Source of the DNA: Ostreococcus lucimarinus
Taxonomy: Eukaryota
Reading direction: 5' to 3' (one strand)
Length of the DNA stretch: 64,000 bases
NCBI GenBank assembly: GCA_000092065.1
Contig: CP000586.1
Position numbers and translations under genes: made by a program. Below are positions 9,485 to 19,658 of this stretch, piece by piece (within the stretch, counting starts at the first letter, position 1; every line of letters starts with the position of its first letter). The notes below the pieces were generated by a model, which was not told the origin of the DNA, made no database searches, and saw only the letters and a list, made by a program, of their open reading frames with translations.

Positions 9485-10751
9485 GATCGGGACGGAGCAC
9501 GAAAAGTTTGGGTACGACGAGGCGACCAAGCGAAGGATGGATTATCCAGTCGTGCGGCACGTCCTGAGCTCGCTCGTCGAGCGACACGGGTGGACGCCGA
9601 TAAACGAAGCGGATAACATCATCGGGTGCACGAAGGACAAGCAAAGCGTGACGCTCGAGCCGGGTGGACAGTTTGAACTCTCGGGCGCGCCGCTGGAGAA
9701 CCTGACGCAGACGGACGAGGAGGTGCGATGGCACATCGAGACCGTGAACGCGCTGGCGCGGGAAAAGGGGCACAGATTCTTGGGAATCGGGTTTGACCCG
9801 AAGTGGTCGGTGGCCGAGGTGCCGATGATGCCGAAAGGGAGGTATAAGATTATGCGCGCGTACATGCCGAAGAAGGGCACTCGCGGACACGACATGATGT
9901 TTCGCACGTGCACGATTCAAGTCAACTTGGATTTCGAGAGCGAGCAAGACATGGTGCGCAAGTTCAGGACGTCCCTCGCGCTGCAACCTCTCGCGACGGC
10001 GATGTTCGCCAACTCCGCGTTCGTGGACGGCGCGGACACCGGGTATCAATCCATGCGCTCCGACGTGTGGCGGGACACGGACGACGATCGCACGGGCACG
10101 CTCGCGTGGGTTTTCGACGACGATTTCGGGTTTGAAAAGTACTGCGACTACGTCATGAACGTACCGATGTACTTTGTGTACAGAAACGGCACGTACGTGG
10201 ACGTTTCGGGGGAATCCTGGCTCGATTTTATGGAGGGAAAGCTTCCTCAACTTCCGGGCGACAAGCCGACGATCGACGACTGGGAGCAACACCTCACGAC
10301 TGTGTTTCCGGAGGTTCGTCTCAAGAAGTACATGGAGATGCGAGGTGCCGACGGTGGCTCTTACGAAGCCATCATGGCCCTTCCCGCGCTTTGGGTTGGA
10401 TTGTTGTATTCCGACAAAGCCTTGGACGCGGCCGAGGCGATGGTGAGCGACTGGACGCAAGTCGAGCGCGACGCGCTTCGCGTCGACGTCACCAAGGATG
10501 GATTGTCGGCCAAGTTTAGAGGCGGCACGGCGAACGATATCGCCAAGAAAATGGTCGAACTTTCTGTACAGGGCCTGCAAGAGCGCGGTTTAGGCGAAGA
10601 AGTGTACTTGCGTTACTTGCAAGACATCGTCGACGACGGTAAGAGCGTCGCGGCGCGCATGTCCGAGATGAACGCGCGCGAGTGGAACGGTGATCTCGAA
10701 AAAGTTTACGAGTACGCCACCTTCCCAGACACGCTTCCGAAGATCGTTTGA
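9485..10751 (+). CDS. GSH1: glutamate-cysteine ligase, plant type (GSH1), exon 2
   Basis: Exon 2 begins after CAG| at 9484. Joining to exon 1 gives ...[13 protein letters not shown]..., matching the plant GCL core ([10 protein letters not shown]). From there the conserved protein continues (MPKGRYKIMRAYMPKKGTRGHDMMFRTCTIQVNLDF..., FPEVRLKKYMEMRGADGG) to the stop at 10751. The ORF-track start at 9537 is an internal Met. Confidence 0.85.
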
Positions 10752-10793
10752 GTTCTCGGACGACGGTAAAATACACGATTCTTTGTAGTATAA

Positions 10794-11552
10794 CTAAATG
10801 CTAGGTAACGGCGCACAGTCGGTTGGTTTATTCGTCGCCCCTTCGCGTACGATTTTACTCACGGCTCGGAACTGAGGGTGGTTCGCGTCACCCATCATTT
10901 CGAAAACCACGCTCTCCGTGCACGTCAAGATCGCCCCAGCCCGCTCCATCCGTCGCAACGCCACCGCGCGGTCCTCCAATCGAATGCTCGACACCGCGTC
11001 CACGCACACGTAAACGACGCCGTTGGGCTCGTTCGCCAATAAATCGAGCACCGTTTGCACCACGCAAACGTGCGCCTCGAGTCCCACGACGACGTGACGA
11101 ACAGGCGCCTCGTCGAGTGAATTCCGTCCAACGAATGCCTTACCGACATCGTACATGCTGAACGCCGTCTTGGACACGCGGTGACGCCTCGCGCCCGCGA
11201 CGGCTCGGGCCGCGTCCCGCACCGACGCCACCGTCGGCCCGAGCTTCTCCGGCACTTGTTCAGTCATGATGACTCTCGTTCCCCATCCACTTTGCATGGC
11301 GTCGATCGCGCGCAACATCGTCGACGTGTTGTGCGCGACGTGATCGAATCCGGCGACGGCGCTCGAAAACTTTTCTTGAATATCGCACACCCACACGTGC
11401 AACCTCGGACTCGCGGGATCGATTTTGTCCGCGCGATTCATGGCTTCCGCGCGCGTCCCGGAGAGCGCTCTGGCGACTTTCGCGCCGCGTCGACGCGCGG
11501 AGACGGTCGCGGGAACGCGAGACGCGAGCGCGCGCGCGAGCGTCGGGAGCAT
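10794..11552 (-). CDS. isochorismatase-family hydrolase (ISOC-like), with N-terminal presequence
   Basis: Isochorismatase fold signatures are present (VWVCDIQEKF, VVVGLEAHVCVVQT, CTESVVFE). ATG at 11552. Confidence 0.7.
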   Translation of the reverse strand: MLPTLARALASRVPATVSARRRGAKVARALSGTRAEAMNRADKIDPASPRLHVWVCDIQEKFSSAVAGFDHVAHNTSTMLRAIDAMQSGWGTRVIMTEQVPEKLGPTVASVRDAARAVAGARRHRVSKTAFSMYDVGKAFVGRNSLDEAPVRHVVVGLEAHVCVVQTVLDLLANEPNGVVYVCVDAVSSIRLEDRAVALRRMERAGAILTCTESVVFEMMGDANHPQFRAVSKIVREGATNKPTDCAPLPSI

Positions 11553-11789
11553 GCGCGAGAGGCGAACTCTGAGGCGACGGGAGCGCGCGCGTTCGCGTAC
11601 ATCCTAGATCCGTTATATTGAAAATACGGGTGCGTAGGGGCGTTTATTTGCTCTAGAAGCTTATTTCGCTAGGTTTATATCGGTACAAGGACGCCGAGAC
11701 GCCGACGCGAACGCGCCGCTCGTCGTAGAGCGACGGAGTCGACGCGATTCGCGCGCGCTCGTCTCGAGCCCACCGGACGACCGCAGTTA

Positions 11790-12170
11790 TTAGATGAGCA
11801 ACTTTTCGATGGCATCCTTCAAGTTTTGAATCTGCTGCTTCAACTGCGACCCCTCGTTCGTGGTCACCGAGCAAGAAATCACCGGTCTCGACACCCCGCA
11901 CGCGCGTCCGAGCGCCTGCTTGCTCGGCACGAAGACGTACGGCACGTTTTTATCCTCCGCCAACAGCGGCAGGTGCAGCAGAATCTCCAACGGCTCCGTG
12001 TCCGCCGCCAGCACGACGAACTCCGATATCCCTCGGTTCAGCGTCTTCGTCGCCTCGTTCGCGCCCTTCTTCAGCTGCTTGTAATTGCTCGCCTGTTGCA
12101 CGATGTCCAGAATGGTGATCGTCAATTGCGCGTCCGCGAGCGGATACGCCTTCGGGTTACCCTCAGCCAT
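11790..12170 (-). CDS. SNU13: U4/U6.U5 snRNP 15.5 kDa protein SNU13 / NHP2-like 1 (L7Ae family)
   Basis: Near-identical to human NHP2L1 over its length ([13 protein letters not shown]...[21 protein letters not shown]...[27 protein letters not shown]). The ORF track starts at 12287; the conserved protein begins at ATG 12170 (MAEGNPKAY...). Confidence 0.9.
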   Translation of the reverse strand: MAEGNPKAYPLADAQLTITILDIVQQASNYKQLKKGANEATKTLNRGISEFVVLAADTEPLEILLHLPLLAEDKNVPYVFVPSKQALGRACGVSRPVISCSVTTNEGSQLKQQIQNLKDAIEKLLI

Positions 12171-12602
12171 GACGCGTTTCGATGCGGCAACCTGTTCACC
12201 CGCGCGATTCGCCACCGCGCGCGCGTCGTCCGTCAGTCTCGCGCGTCGTCGTCGCCCTTCGCGTGCCATCCCTAGTCGTTCGCGCATTCGTCCGATCGCG
12301 TCTTTCGCGTCTTTCGCCTCCTCCCGTCGTCGCGTCGTCGTCGTCGCGCGCCGTCGTCGCCTTCGCTCTCTCCGCGTCGTCGTCGTCGTCGTCGCTCGCG
12401 CACCTCGTTCGGCTTCACTGCTCGACGACGTCCGTCGCGAGCTCGGCAGTGCGGCGCCGTCGCGCGCGCGCCGCCGGTCGATTCGTGTGCGCGACGCAGG
12501 AGGGAGTTTATTAACGAACCCATCGACGCACGAATTCGTCGCGCGTCCGTGTCGTCGCGCGAGATCGCGACGCGGATCGCGGGCGACGCTTCGCGCGGCC
12601 GA

Positions 12603-14180
12603 ATGGCGGCGCGAACGGCGCGCGGTCGAACCGCGGCGTCGCGCGGCGCGCTCGACGCGCGCGGGCGACGCGAACGGGCGAGAGGCGCGACGAAAAGCGC
12701 ACCGGGACTAGGACGGGGACGGGGACGCGAGCGACGCGCGGCGACGACGGACGACGACACGATCGTCGGCGTCGCGACGGCGGTCGTGGGCGCGGTGGGA
12801 GGCGTGGCGATCGTGCGGCTGAGCGGATCGGACGCGCGGGCGATCGGGGGGCGGGTGTTTCGACGCGCGGGCGGAGCGACGCGGGCGAGCGCGAGCGCGA
12901 ACGCGGCGAACGCGTTCGACGAGAGTCATAAGGCGACGTACGGGGTCGTCGTGGACGGTGATGGGGAGATAATCGATGAGGTGATCGCGTTGGCGTTCAT
13001 AGCGCCGCGGAGTTACACGGCGGAGGACGTGGTGGAGTTGCACTGTCACGGCGGCGCGGTGTGCGTGCAACGCGCGATGGCGCGGTGTTTGGACGAGGGC
13101 GCGCGGTTGGCGAGGAATGGGGAGTTTACGTTGCGAGCGTTTTTGAATGGGCGGTTGGATTTGACGCAGGCGGAGGCGGTTCACGCGCTGGTGAGCGCGA
13201 AGACGACGGCGGCGGCGGATAGCGCGTTGGCGGCGATGCGAGGCGGGTTGACGACGCCCGTGAGCGAGGCGAGACGCGCGTGCGTAGATTTATTAGCCGA
13301 GCTCGAGGCGAGATTGGACTTTGACGACGAAATGGTGCCTTTGGACGTGCGGGCGATCGAAGCCAAAGCCGCGGGCGCGCGAGAGACGATTCGAAAGGTG
13401 CTGACGACGGCCAAACGCGGCGCGCTCCTGGAGACGGGCGTCACCGTGGCCATCGTCGGGCGCCCAAATGTGGGCAAGTCGCGCTTATTGAACGCGCTCA
13501 CTCGAAGTGAACGCTCGATCGTGACCTCGCGCGAAGGCACGACTCGAGATGTCGTCGAGGCGTCGGTGAACATTGGTGGACTTCCCGCCACGCTCTTGGA
13601 CACGGCGGGCATACGAAGCGAAACCGACGACGAAGTCGAGAAAATCGGCGTGGAACGTTCTCGCGCCGCCGCCGCGGGCGCTGACATCGTCGTGCTCGTC
13701 GTCGACGCCGAGCGCGGATGGGTGAGTGAGGACAGCGCTATTTGGCAGAGTGAAATCGCGAATAACGCCCGCGCGCGCGGTTCATCCGTGCTCGTGGTGA
13801 ACAAGACGGACATCGCCGACGCGTCGAACGCGACGCCGCCGCCGGAAGTTCTCGAAAGCTTCAGCACCGTCGTTCACGTGAGCGCGGCGACGGGCGACAA
13901 TTTAGAACATTTAGAGCACGCCATCGTGCGCACGGTGAGCGGCGGTGAAGTCGACGCCGAGGGTGGCGCGTGGGCCGCCAATCAACGTCAGGCCGAGGCG
14001 CTGCAAAACGCGTTGGATTCGCTCGATCGTCTTCGCGACACCATCGCCGCCGACATGCCGCTCGACTTTTGGACCATAGATCTGCGCGAGGCCGCGTTCG
14101 CGCTCGGTAGCGTCACGGGCGACGACGTCACCGAGGACGTGCTCGATACGATATTCGAAAGGTTTTGCATAGGAAAGTAG
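12603..14180 (+). CDS. tRNA modification GTPase MnmE/TrmE (GTPBP3/MSS1 homologue), organelle-targeted
   Basis: MnmE N-domain ([23 protein letters not shown]) and G-domain ([20 protein letters not shown]) are present. The protein ends with the diagnostic C-terminal CIGK. The ORF-track start at 12549 is GTG; the first ATG is 12603. Confidence 0.8.
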   Translation: MAARTARGRTAASRGALDARGRRERARGATKSAPGLGRGRGRERRAATTDDDTIVGVATAVVGAVGGVAIVRLSGSDARAIGGRVFRRAGGATRASASANAANAFDESHKATYGVVVDGDGEIIDEVIALAFIAPRSYTAEDVVELHCHGGAVCVQRAMARCLDEGARLARNGEFTLRAFLNGRLDLTQAEAVHALVSAKTTAAADSALAAMRGGLTTPVSEARRACVDLLAELEARLDFDDEMVPLDVRAIEAKAAGARETIRKVLTTAKRGALLETGVTVAIVGRPNVGKSRLLNALTRSERSIVTSREGTTRDVVEASVNIGGLPATLLDTAGIRSETDDEVEKIGVERSRAAAAGADIVVLVVDAERGWVSEDSAIWQSEIANNARARGSSVLVVNKTDIADASNATPPPEVLESFSTVVHVSAATGDNLEHLEHAIVRTVSGGEVDAEGGAWAANQRQAEALQNALDSLDRLRDTIAADMPLDFWTIDLREAAFALGSVTGDDVTEDVLDTIFERFCIGK

Positions 14181-14218
14181 CGATTTATTGAATAAGTACG
14201 CGGGGAAATACTTACAGA

Positions 14219-16315
14219 CTAACTGTTTAATCGCCGCGCGCGTTCTGCTAAAGGAATCTGTGATATCGTATCGCTTTCATCGAAATCGAGACGACGTGCA
14301 CGCGTGGGTGATGGAAGGGGAACGTCGTCGCCCCTCAGGGATGCTCGTCGAGCCGAGCCTGATCGCGGCTCTTGCACGCCTGCGATCGTTGTTGAGGGAC
14401 TGCACCTCGGGATGGTGGACTTAATCACGTCTTGCATATCCGCACAGACGCGTAGACCTTTACCACACGATTGGCACCTCCAAGTTCTGTCATTTTGTTT
14501 AAGCGCCAGGTCATGAACTTCGAGCGTGTGCTCTGGCGGAAATGGTGCTCTACTACGAATCAACGTTTCAAGTATCTTCCCTTGCTGGTCATTGCGATAG
14601 TTCGCCGAGTTGTAGTTCCACCAGCCTCGAGGCGCATCTGGTGTAGTTTGACTCGTTCCGTCGTAGAAACTCTTCGCTACGGGAGACGTTCTCACTGCTT
14701 GCTGGTTGAATCCTGTCATCTTCAATCCGGAGAGACTACGGAGGCGAGACAACGCCACGTAGGCTTGTCCCGCGGCGAAGAAGTTTGAACAATCTACATA
14801 TGCCTCGTCGAGTGACATGCCTTGGGACTTGTGAGCCGTTACCCCCCAAGCAAGCGCGAGAGGAATCTGCTTTCGTATGTTTGAGCCGAGCCCAGCTGTT
14901 TCAAACTCGAAATCGTACGGAAGTATTGGTATGGCCTTCTCGTGAAAGTTGTTGAAAAAGACGTACGGAACAGCGATCTTGTCGTCTCGTTTCAATTGTC
15001 CTTCTAACCACTCGACTTGATCATCGAGAGCCTTTATTCCGTGCTCTAAACTCTCGGATGGGATGTCGCACGCCTTTTCCATGTTCGCCTTCATCTTTCT
15101 TATTTCGTCAAGACATATGACTGCTGACTCCATTCGCGCGATGAAACCACGCGCTCCGTTCACCAGCCGCTTCCGCGTGACGATACCATCGACAACGAGG
15201 CATACGTCCAAATTCTTCAGCATCATTACTTTTGCTCCCGTTTTCAACTCCAATTTTTGAGCGATACGGCACTTCTTCTTGGCGCTCAGGGATACCCATA
15301 AACGATGAAGCTCGCTCATGCGCCTGGCTCTCTCTTGCTCGTTATCAATATCGGGTACCTGGACTCTATCAACAGCAGTGAACGTATAACACTTAGATTG
15401 TAGAGTCATCAATGCCTTTTTGTTCACGCTCTCGGCTTTGTCGTTTGTGCCTACTATCCTCAGCGCCGAGGCTCCGACTTGCACCTCGCGCTCATTCTGC
15501 GTGTACAGCGCTTGGAATTCCTCCACCGCGCCTGGTTCGCCGGTGCGAATGTTTTTTAATGCATTGACAAATGCCATATCACCCTGCTGTCGATACACAG
15601 TCTCGAGGTACACAGTTTTGATGTTCGATTCTCGCCAAGTCCACGACTCAAACATCCACCCGCGATTCAGAAACAGCGCCGGACAGAACCCTCGCCCAGT
15701 CGCCATTCGCTCATCCGTATTATCCACCGGACCGAGTTGCAAAAAGTCACCGAAAAGTATCATTTGGATCCCACCACAGGGACGAGGATCGCTTCGAATT
15801 CGCTTCAAATGGTAGCTGAGTCTATCGAAAAGCTCGCCGCTGAGCATCGAGACTTCGTCGACGAGCAAGGCGTCGCATTCGCGCACCCGCTGCTTCGTCA
15901 AATCGCTAGCAAATCCAAACCCATCGACGGTCTTCGATAATCCCAAGCCACAGAACGCGAACAGCGTCGTCCCATTCACGGCCTCTGCCGCTATCGCCGT
16001 CGACGCCGTCGTCGCCGTCATTTTCCCCGCGCGCTTCAAACTCGTACGAATCGCCCGCAGCACCTTCGACTTCCCCGTCCCGCCCACGCCCGACACGAAC
16101 ACGTTTTCCCCGCGCAACGCGAGTTCGACGCATCGTTTCTGCGCGTCATCCAGGTCTCGCAGCGCGTCGTCGTCCTCGATCGCGTCGTTCACGGGTATGG
16201 CTAAGATCGACAACTCGCGCACGATCGTTTCGATCTCTCGTTCGCCCGCGCCGATGATGGCGTCGCGCGCGTGCGCCATCGACGCCGACGACGACCCGTC
16301 GCCGTCGCGCGTCAT
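14219..16315 (-). CDS. PIF1: ATP-dependent DNA helicase PIF1 family, with C-terminal Cys-rich extension
   Basis: Walker A GVGGTGKS and LLVDEVSM are present. The PIF1 signature (ILFGDFLQLGPV), AWGVTAHKSQGMSLDEAYVD and QAYVALSRLRSLSGLKMTGF are also present. The start is set at ATG 16315 so it does not overlap the divergent GST gene; the ORF track extends to 16525. A C-terminal WRCQSCGKGLRVC motif follows. Confidence 0.8.
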   Translation of the reverse strand: MTRDGDGSSSASMAHARDAIIGAGEREIETIVRELSILAIPVNDAIEDDDALRDLDDAQKRCVELALRGENVFVSGVGGTGKSKVLRAIRTSLKRAGKMTATTASTAIAAEAVNGTTLFAFCGLGLSKTVDGFGFASDLTKQRVRECDALLVDEVSMLSGELFDRLSYHLKRIRSDPRPCGGIQMILFGDFLQLGPVDNTDERMATGRGFCPALFLNRGWMFESWTWRESNIKTVYLETVYRQQGDMAFVNALKNIRTGEPGAVEEFQALYTQNEREVQVGASALRIVGTNDKAESVNKKALMTLQSKCYTFTAVDRVQVPDIDNEQERARRMSELHRLWVSLSAKKKCRIAQKLELKTGAKVMMLKNLDVCLVVDGIVTRKRLVNGARGFIARMESAVICLDEIRKMKANMEKACDIPSESLEHGIKALDDQVEWLEGQLKRDDKIAVPYVFFNNFHEKAIPILPYDFEFETAGLGSNIRKQIPLALAWGVTAHKSQGMSLDEAYVDCSNFFAAGQAYVALSRLRSLSGLKMTGFNQQAVRTSPVAKSFYDGTSQTTPDAPRGWWNYNSANYRNDQQGKILETLIRSRAPFPPEHTLEVHDLALKQNDRTWRCQSCGKGLRVCADMQDVIKSTIPRCSPSTTIAGVQEPRSGSARRASLRGDDVPLPSPTRARRLDFDESDTISQIPLAERARRLNS

Positions 16316-16423
16316 CGAGACGCGCGCGCGTCGGGCGCGACCGCCTGTGCGGCGCGCACGCGTCGAGCGCGTGGTGCCGAGTTTCGAGATGCGGCCGCAT
16401 CCCGCCGCGCGCGCGGCGCGCGC

Positions 16424-17134
16424 ATGCCGCCGACGCTCTGGACGCACACCCTGTGCCCGTACGCGCATCGCGCGTCGCTCGCGCTGTGCGAAAAGGGCCT
16501 GCGACCGCGCGCGTTCGAGCGACACGTCGACCTGTCGGACAAGCCCAAAGATTTGTTTCGAGTGAACCCGCGCGGTTTAGTGCCCGCGCTCGAGTGCGAG
16601 GACGGTGAGATCGTCACGGAGAGCTCGAGGATCATCGTCGTCGTGGACGAGCGCTTCGGCGAGCGACGATCGCTGACGCGCGGGCCGAGGGATGAGATTT
16701 TGGAGTTTGCGCGCGACGCCGACGCGGCGGGCGGCGGCTTCGTGAGCTCGGGATTGAGCTTCGTCGGCGGTGGGTGGGGCATTCGTCGCGGCATGCCGCG
16801 TCAGGGGCAGATTGAAACGTTTCAGCGGAGCGTGCGCGCGCTCGACGATCGTCTACGGGGGAGCGAGGGAAATTATTTATTCGGCGCCGACGTGAGTCTC
16901 GCGGATATAAGCATTTGGCCGTTCGCCGAGCGGTTTCAGCTCGCGATGCGCGAGTTTCAAGGGTACGACATCGCGGAAGGCGCGGAGTACTTTGCCGCAT
17001 GGCTCACGGCGATGTCTGCGCGGGACAGCGTGCGGTCGTTGCGGCCTGATGACGAGGCTTTGTTGCGGTCGTGGCGGCGCACGATGCGGCTTGATTACTT
17101 CGATTACGAAACCGCTTCTCGGGAGTCACCCTGA
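16424..17134 (+). CDS. glutathione S-transferase (thioredoxin-fold, CPYA active site; omega/lambda/DHAR-like)
   Basis: MPPTLWTHTLCPYAHRASLALCEKGL carries the N-terminal GST CPx motif, and a GST C-terminal-like helical domain follows. The ORF track starts at 16271 with a GC-rich lead-in; the first sensible ATG is 16424. Confidence 0.65.
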   Translation: MPPTLWTHTLCPYAHRASLALCEKGLRPRAFERHVDLSDKPKDLFRVNPRGLVPALECEDGEIVTESSRIIVVVDERFGERRSLTRGPRDEILEFARDADAAGGGFVSSGLSFVGGGWGIRRGMPRQGQIETFQRSVRALDDRLRGSEGNYLFGADVSLADISIWPFAERFQLAMREFQGYDIAEGAEYFAAWLTAMSARDSVRSLRPDDEALLRSWRRTMRLDYFDYETASRESP

Positions 17135-17165
17135 TCGTTAGAATTGTTGTGCACATTAAAACACA

Positions 17166-18119
17166 CTAGCTATTTGACGCCGATTTCGCCTTAAGCGTGG
17201 CCCATTGCAAGTGAAGCTGCTTTTGCAGCTCGGGGACGATGTCGACTCCGGTTTGGATGGCGCGCAAAATCACTGAAACGTTTGTCTTTTCGTCTTTCCG
17301 TAGCGCCTCTATATCTTCGCCGTACGCCTCGATGAACGCCTCACGATACATCTTTGCAAACTCTGTGGCGTCGTCGTCGTCGTCACCACCAGTCGCACCC
17401 GCGGTAGATTCCTGCTTCTCCAAGGCATCCATCGCCGCCTGCGCGCGCCCAAAGACCACGTTGTCGTGTTTGGCGATCGAGTCCCACATTCGACACTGAA
17501 AGTTTGCCGGATCCATGTGATCAACCATGACGTTCGACGACTTTCGCGCGCGTAAATCATCTTCTAAGGACAAGCTCGTCTCCAGCAACGTATCTCGCGC
17601 GCCCATGAGGGATAAATTCTTTCGCAGCGCCTTTTTAATAACCGCGCCGACGCGCATACTGAGTTCCTTGCACGCCTTTTCCATCACCTCTTCCTTCCCA
17701 TCTTTCTCTAACTTCGCCCTCGAGCTCGCGCTTAAGCACTCCGTCGTCGTGTATCTATCAACAGCGGCTCTCAGAGCCTCTCTCGCGCGCCTGAACTCTT
17801 CGCTCGCGTCGTCCTCTCCGACCGTCGCTTCGTCTTCGCTCGCGTCCGACGACTCGTCCGCGCTCGACTCCTCCTCTTCGCTCGTCGTCCCCGCCGAAGC
17901 CGACCTCTCACGCGTCGACATGACCGTATCCATCGCTTCTTTTTCGTCGTCGTCGTCGTCATCGTCATCGTCGCTCGCGCTCGGCGTCTTCCTCCGCGCC
18001 TTTTTACTCTTCTCCTTTTTCTCCTTTTCCTTTTTGCTCTTCTTTTCCTTTTTCGCCTTTTTCGCCTTCGGTTCGCGCGACGGCAGCGCCTCGCTCGCGC
18101 GCTCGCGCGTGCGCGTCAT
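17166..18119 (-). CDS. hypothetical protein: K-rich NLS-like N-terminus, poly-Asp/Glu acidic tracts, conserved C-terminal helical region (possible nucleolar/ribosome-biogenesis factor)
   Basis: Clean ORF. The track start at 18146 is GTG and the first ATG is 18119. Composition KAKKAKKEKKSKKEKEKKEKSKK then DDDDDDDDD. No specific family recognised. Confidence 0.45.
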   Translation of the reverse strand: MTRTRERASEALPSREPKAKKAKKEKKSKKEKEKKEKSKKARRKTPSASDDDDDDDDDEKEAMDTVMSTRERSASAGTTSEEEESSADESSDASEDEATVGEDDASEEFRRAREALRAAVDRYTTTECLSASSRAKLEKDGKEEVMEKACKELSMRVGAVIKKALRKNLSLMGARDTLLETSLSLEDDLRARKSSNVMVDHMDPANFQCRMWDSIAKHDNVVFGRAQAAMDALEKQESTAGATGGDDDDDATEFAKMYREAFIEAYGEDIEALRKDEKTNVSVILRAIQTGVDIVPELQKQLHLQWATLKAKSASNS

Positions 18120-18487
18120 CGCGATCGGCGTCGTCTCCTTCACCACGCCCTCGTCGCCCGTCTGTCGCGCCGCCTGCGTCGTCGTGAAGCAAAAAGTTGG
18201 TCAGAACGGCGGCTCGTCGGGACGCGTCGCCGGGCGCTCGTCAGCGTCGTCGCGCGCGCGCGAGCCGGCGCACCTGAAGCATGCGGGCGATCTCCGCTAA
18301 ACCGCCCTGGTCTCGCAAGTTCTGCGCCATGGTCGAAGCGGACTGACGCGCGCGAAGTGCGGACGGCGGTTGGGGCGGGACGAGACGCGGAGCGGTTGAC
18401 GCGAAGCGGTAAAACGGTACATGTGCGTTGCATTTCATCGCGCGCGTCGCGCGTCGCTGGATTTTGAGAACAAAACAGAGGGCGTGA

Positions 18488-18988
18488 CTACTTTCGCACC
18501 AGCGCGGTCTCCTCCTTGACGACGAAGAAATCCGTCTTCGGAAGCGTCAACGCGCCGATGACGCCGTGCACTTGCAAGTTCAACTCGGTCCCATCCCGGT
18601 ACAACGAAAACGGAGCCTCGATGGACAGGTTATCCGCAATCGGTCGCGTCGGTCGCAGATCGATCGATCGTCCTTGCTGAATCGCCGCCGCCAACCCGAC
18701 CCCCTTCATCGCCGCGCTCTGGGGCATGGCGTCAAAATTAATATACGGCCTTCCGTCCCAACTCACTCCGACCCCGACGTTCACCTCCGTGCGCGCGATG
18801 CCCTCTAAAACGTCAAACTTTTTTTGCAACTCAACGCCCGTGACGTCGACCGCGATCTTCCCAGGCTCCCCGAGCTCGTGCTCGAGCTTGGCGAACACGT
18901 GCGCCTGCTTGGAAGTGTAATCCGCCATGGCGCCGACGGTGACGGACGTCTTATCGTCCACCTTTTCGTGTCCGCGCAGATTGAACGT
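18488..18988 (-). CDS. hypothetical beta-rich protein, exon 2
   Basis: The ORF 18488..18961 (-) has no ATG; its track 'M' is GTG. The in-frame upstream sequence runs to a TAG at 18989-18991. That TAG lies 27 nt downstream of an ACTGAC branch motif, so it is taken as the intron acceptor, and exon 2 starts at 18988 (TFNLRGHEKVDDKTSV...). An alternative acceptor, AAAG|, would start exon 2 at 18961. Confidence 0.4.
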   Translation of the reverse strand, partial: TFNLRGHEKVDDKTSVTVGAMADYTSKQAHVFAKLEHELGEPGKIAVDVTGVELQKKFDVLEGIARTEVNVGVGVSWDGRPYINFDAMPQSAAMKGVGLAAAIQQGRSIDLRPTRPIADNLSIEAPFSLYRDGTELNLQVHGVIGALTLPKTDFFVVKEETALVRK

Positions 18989-19046
18989 CTACCATCACGC
19001 ATCGTTCGTTTCGTCAGTCCGTCGTTCGTTCGCGTCGCTCGTTCGT

Positions 19047-19081
19047 TCGCGTCTCGCGTCTCGCGTCTCGCGTCTCGCGTG
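19047..19081. repeat. heptanucleotide microsatellite (CGCGTCT)x4-5
   Basis: Direct inspection. It lies inside the proposed intron of the 18488-19324 gene. Confidence 0.85.
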
Positions 19082-19183
19082 GGAATTGAAGTTGAAATTC
19101 ATCGCGCGCGCGTCGCGTCGCGTCGCGTCGTCGCGCACCTTTGAGACTTTCAGCCCCCACACCGGAACATCGTGTAAACTCAC

Positions 19184-19324
19184 GCGCGGCACCTTTATCG
19201 TGCGCCACCACGGCGCGTCGCCGCTCTGCGCCGCGCCCGCGCTCGTCGCGGCGTCATCGCCGTTGGCGTTCGATCTCGCGGCGGACGGTTTCGTCGCGCT
19301 GTTCGGAGACGCGATGTCGCTCAT
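19184..19324 (-). CDS. hypothetical beta-rich protein, exon 1
   Basis: ATG at 19324 (MSDIASPNS...WWRTIKVPR). It is 47 codons long and ends exactly at a consensus GTGAGT donor at 19183-19178 on the minus strand. Phase 0 matches exon 2. Confidence 0.4.
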
Positions 19325-19658
19325 CGCGCGTTCGGTCGAGTTCGAGCGATGCGAACGCGCGTGCGGTGGGAGAGTCGCGAGCGAGACGCGTGCGCGTCGC
19401 GCGTCGAGGTGTGCGGACGGCGGGACGCGAGGATTCGCGCTAGACGAGACGACTCGAGAGCGCGCGAGCGCGGCTCGAAGAGGCGCACGCGCGAACGAGT
19501 GAATAAAGAACTAATTCGTTCTCGAATTACAATGCGAAAGCTCACTAAGTGCTGCTGACGCACCATCAAACGACGCCTTCACCACCTCAAAGTCGCGAGC
19601 GCGCGCTGACCAGCGCGCGCGCCGACAAAACACCCCCAGATTCCGACGGAAAAAACGT

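Noticed and set aside
9231-10580. 449-aa ORF on the minus strand
   Set aside because: It is entirely antisense to the strongly conserved GCL exon 2. Its product is Arg/His/Leu-rich with no domain. It is a GC-composition artefact.
19021-19130. Short direct repeats (CGCGTCT, GCGTCGC) that superficially resemble a repeat-spacer array
   Set aside because: The units are 7 bp and contiguous with no spacers, and the context is a eukaryotic intron. This is a microsatellite, not CRISPR.
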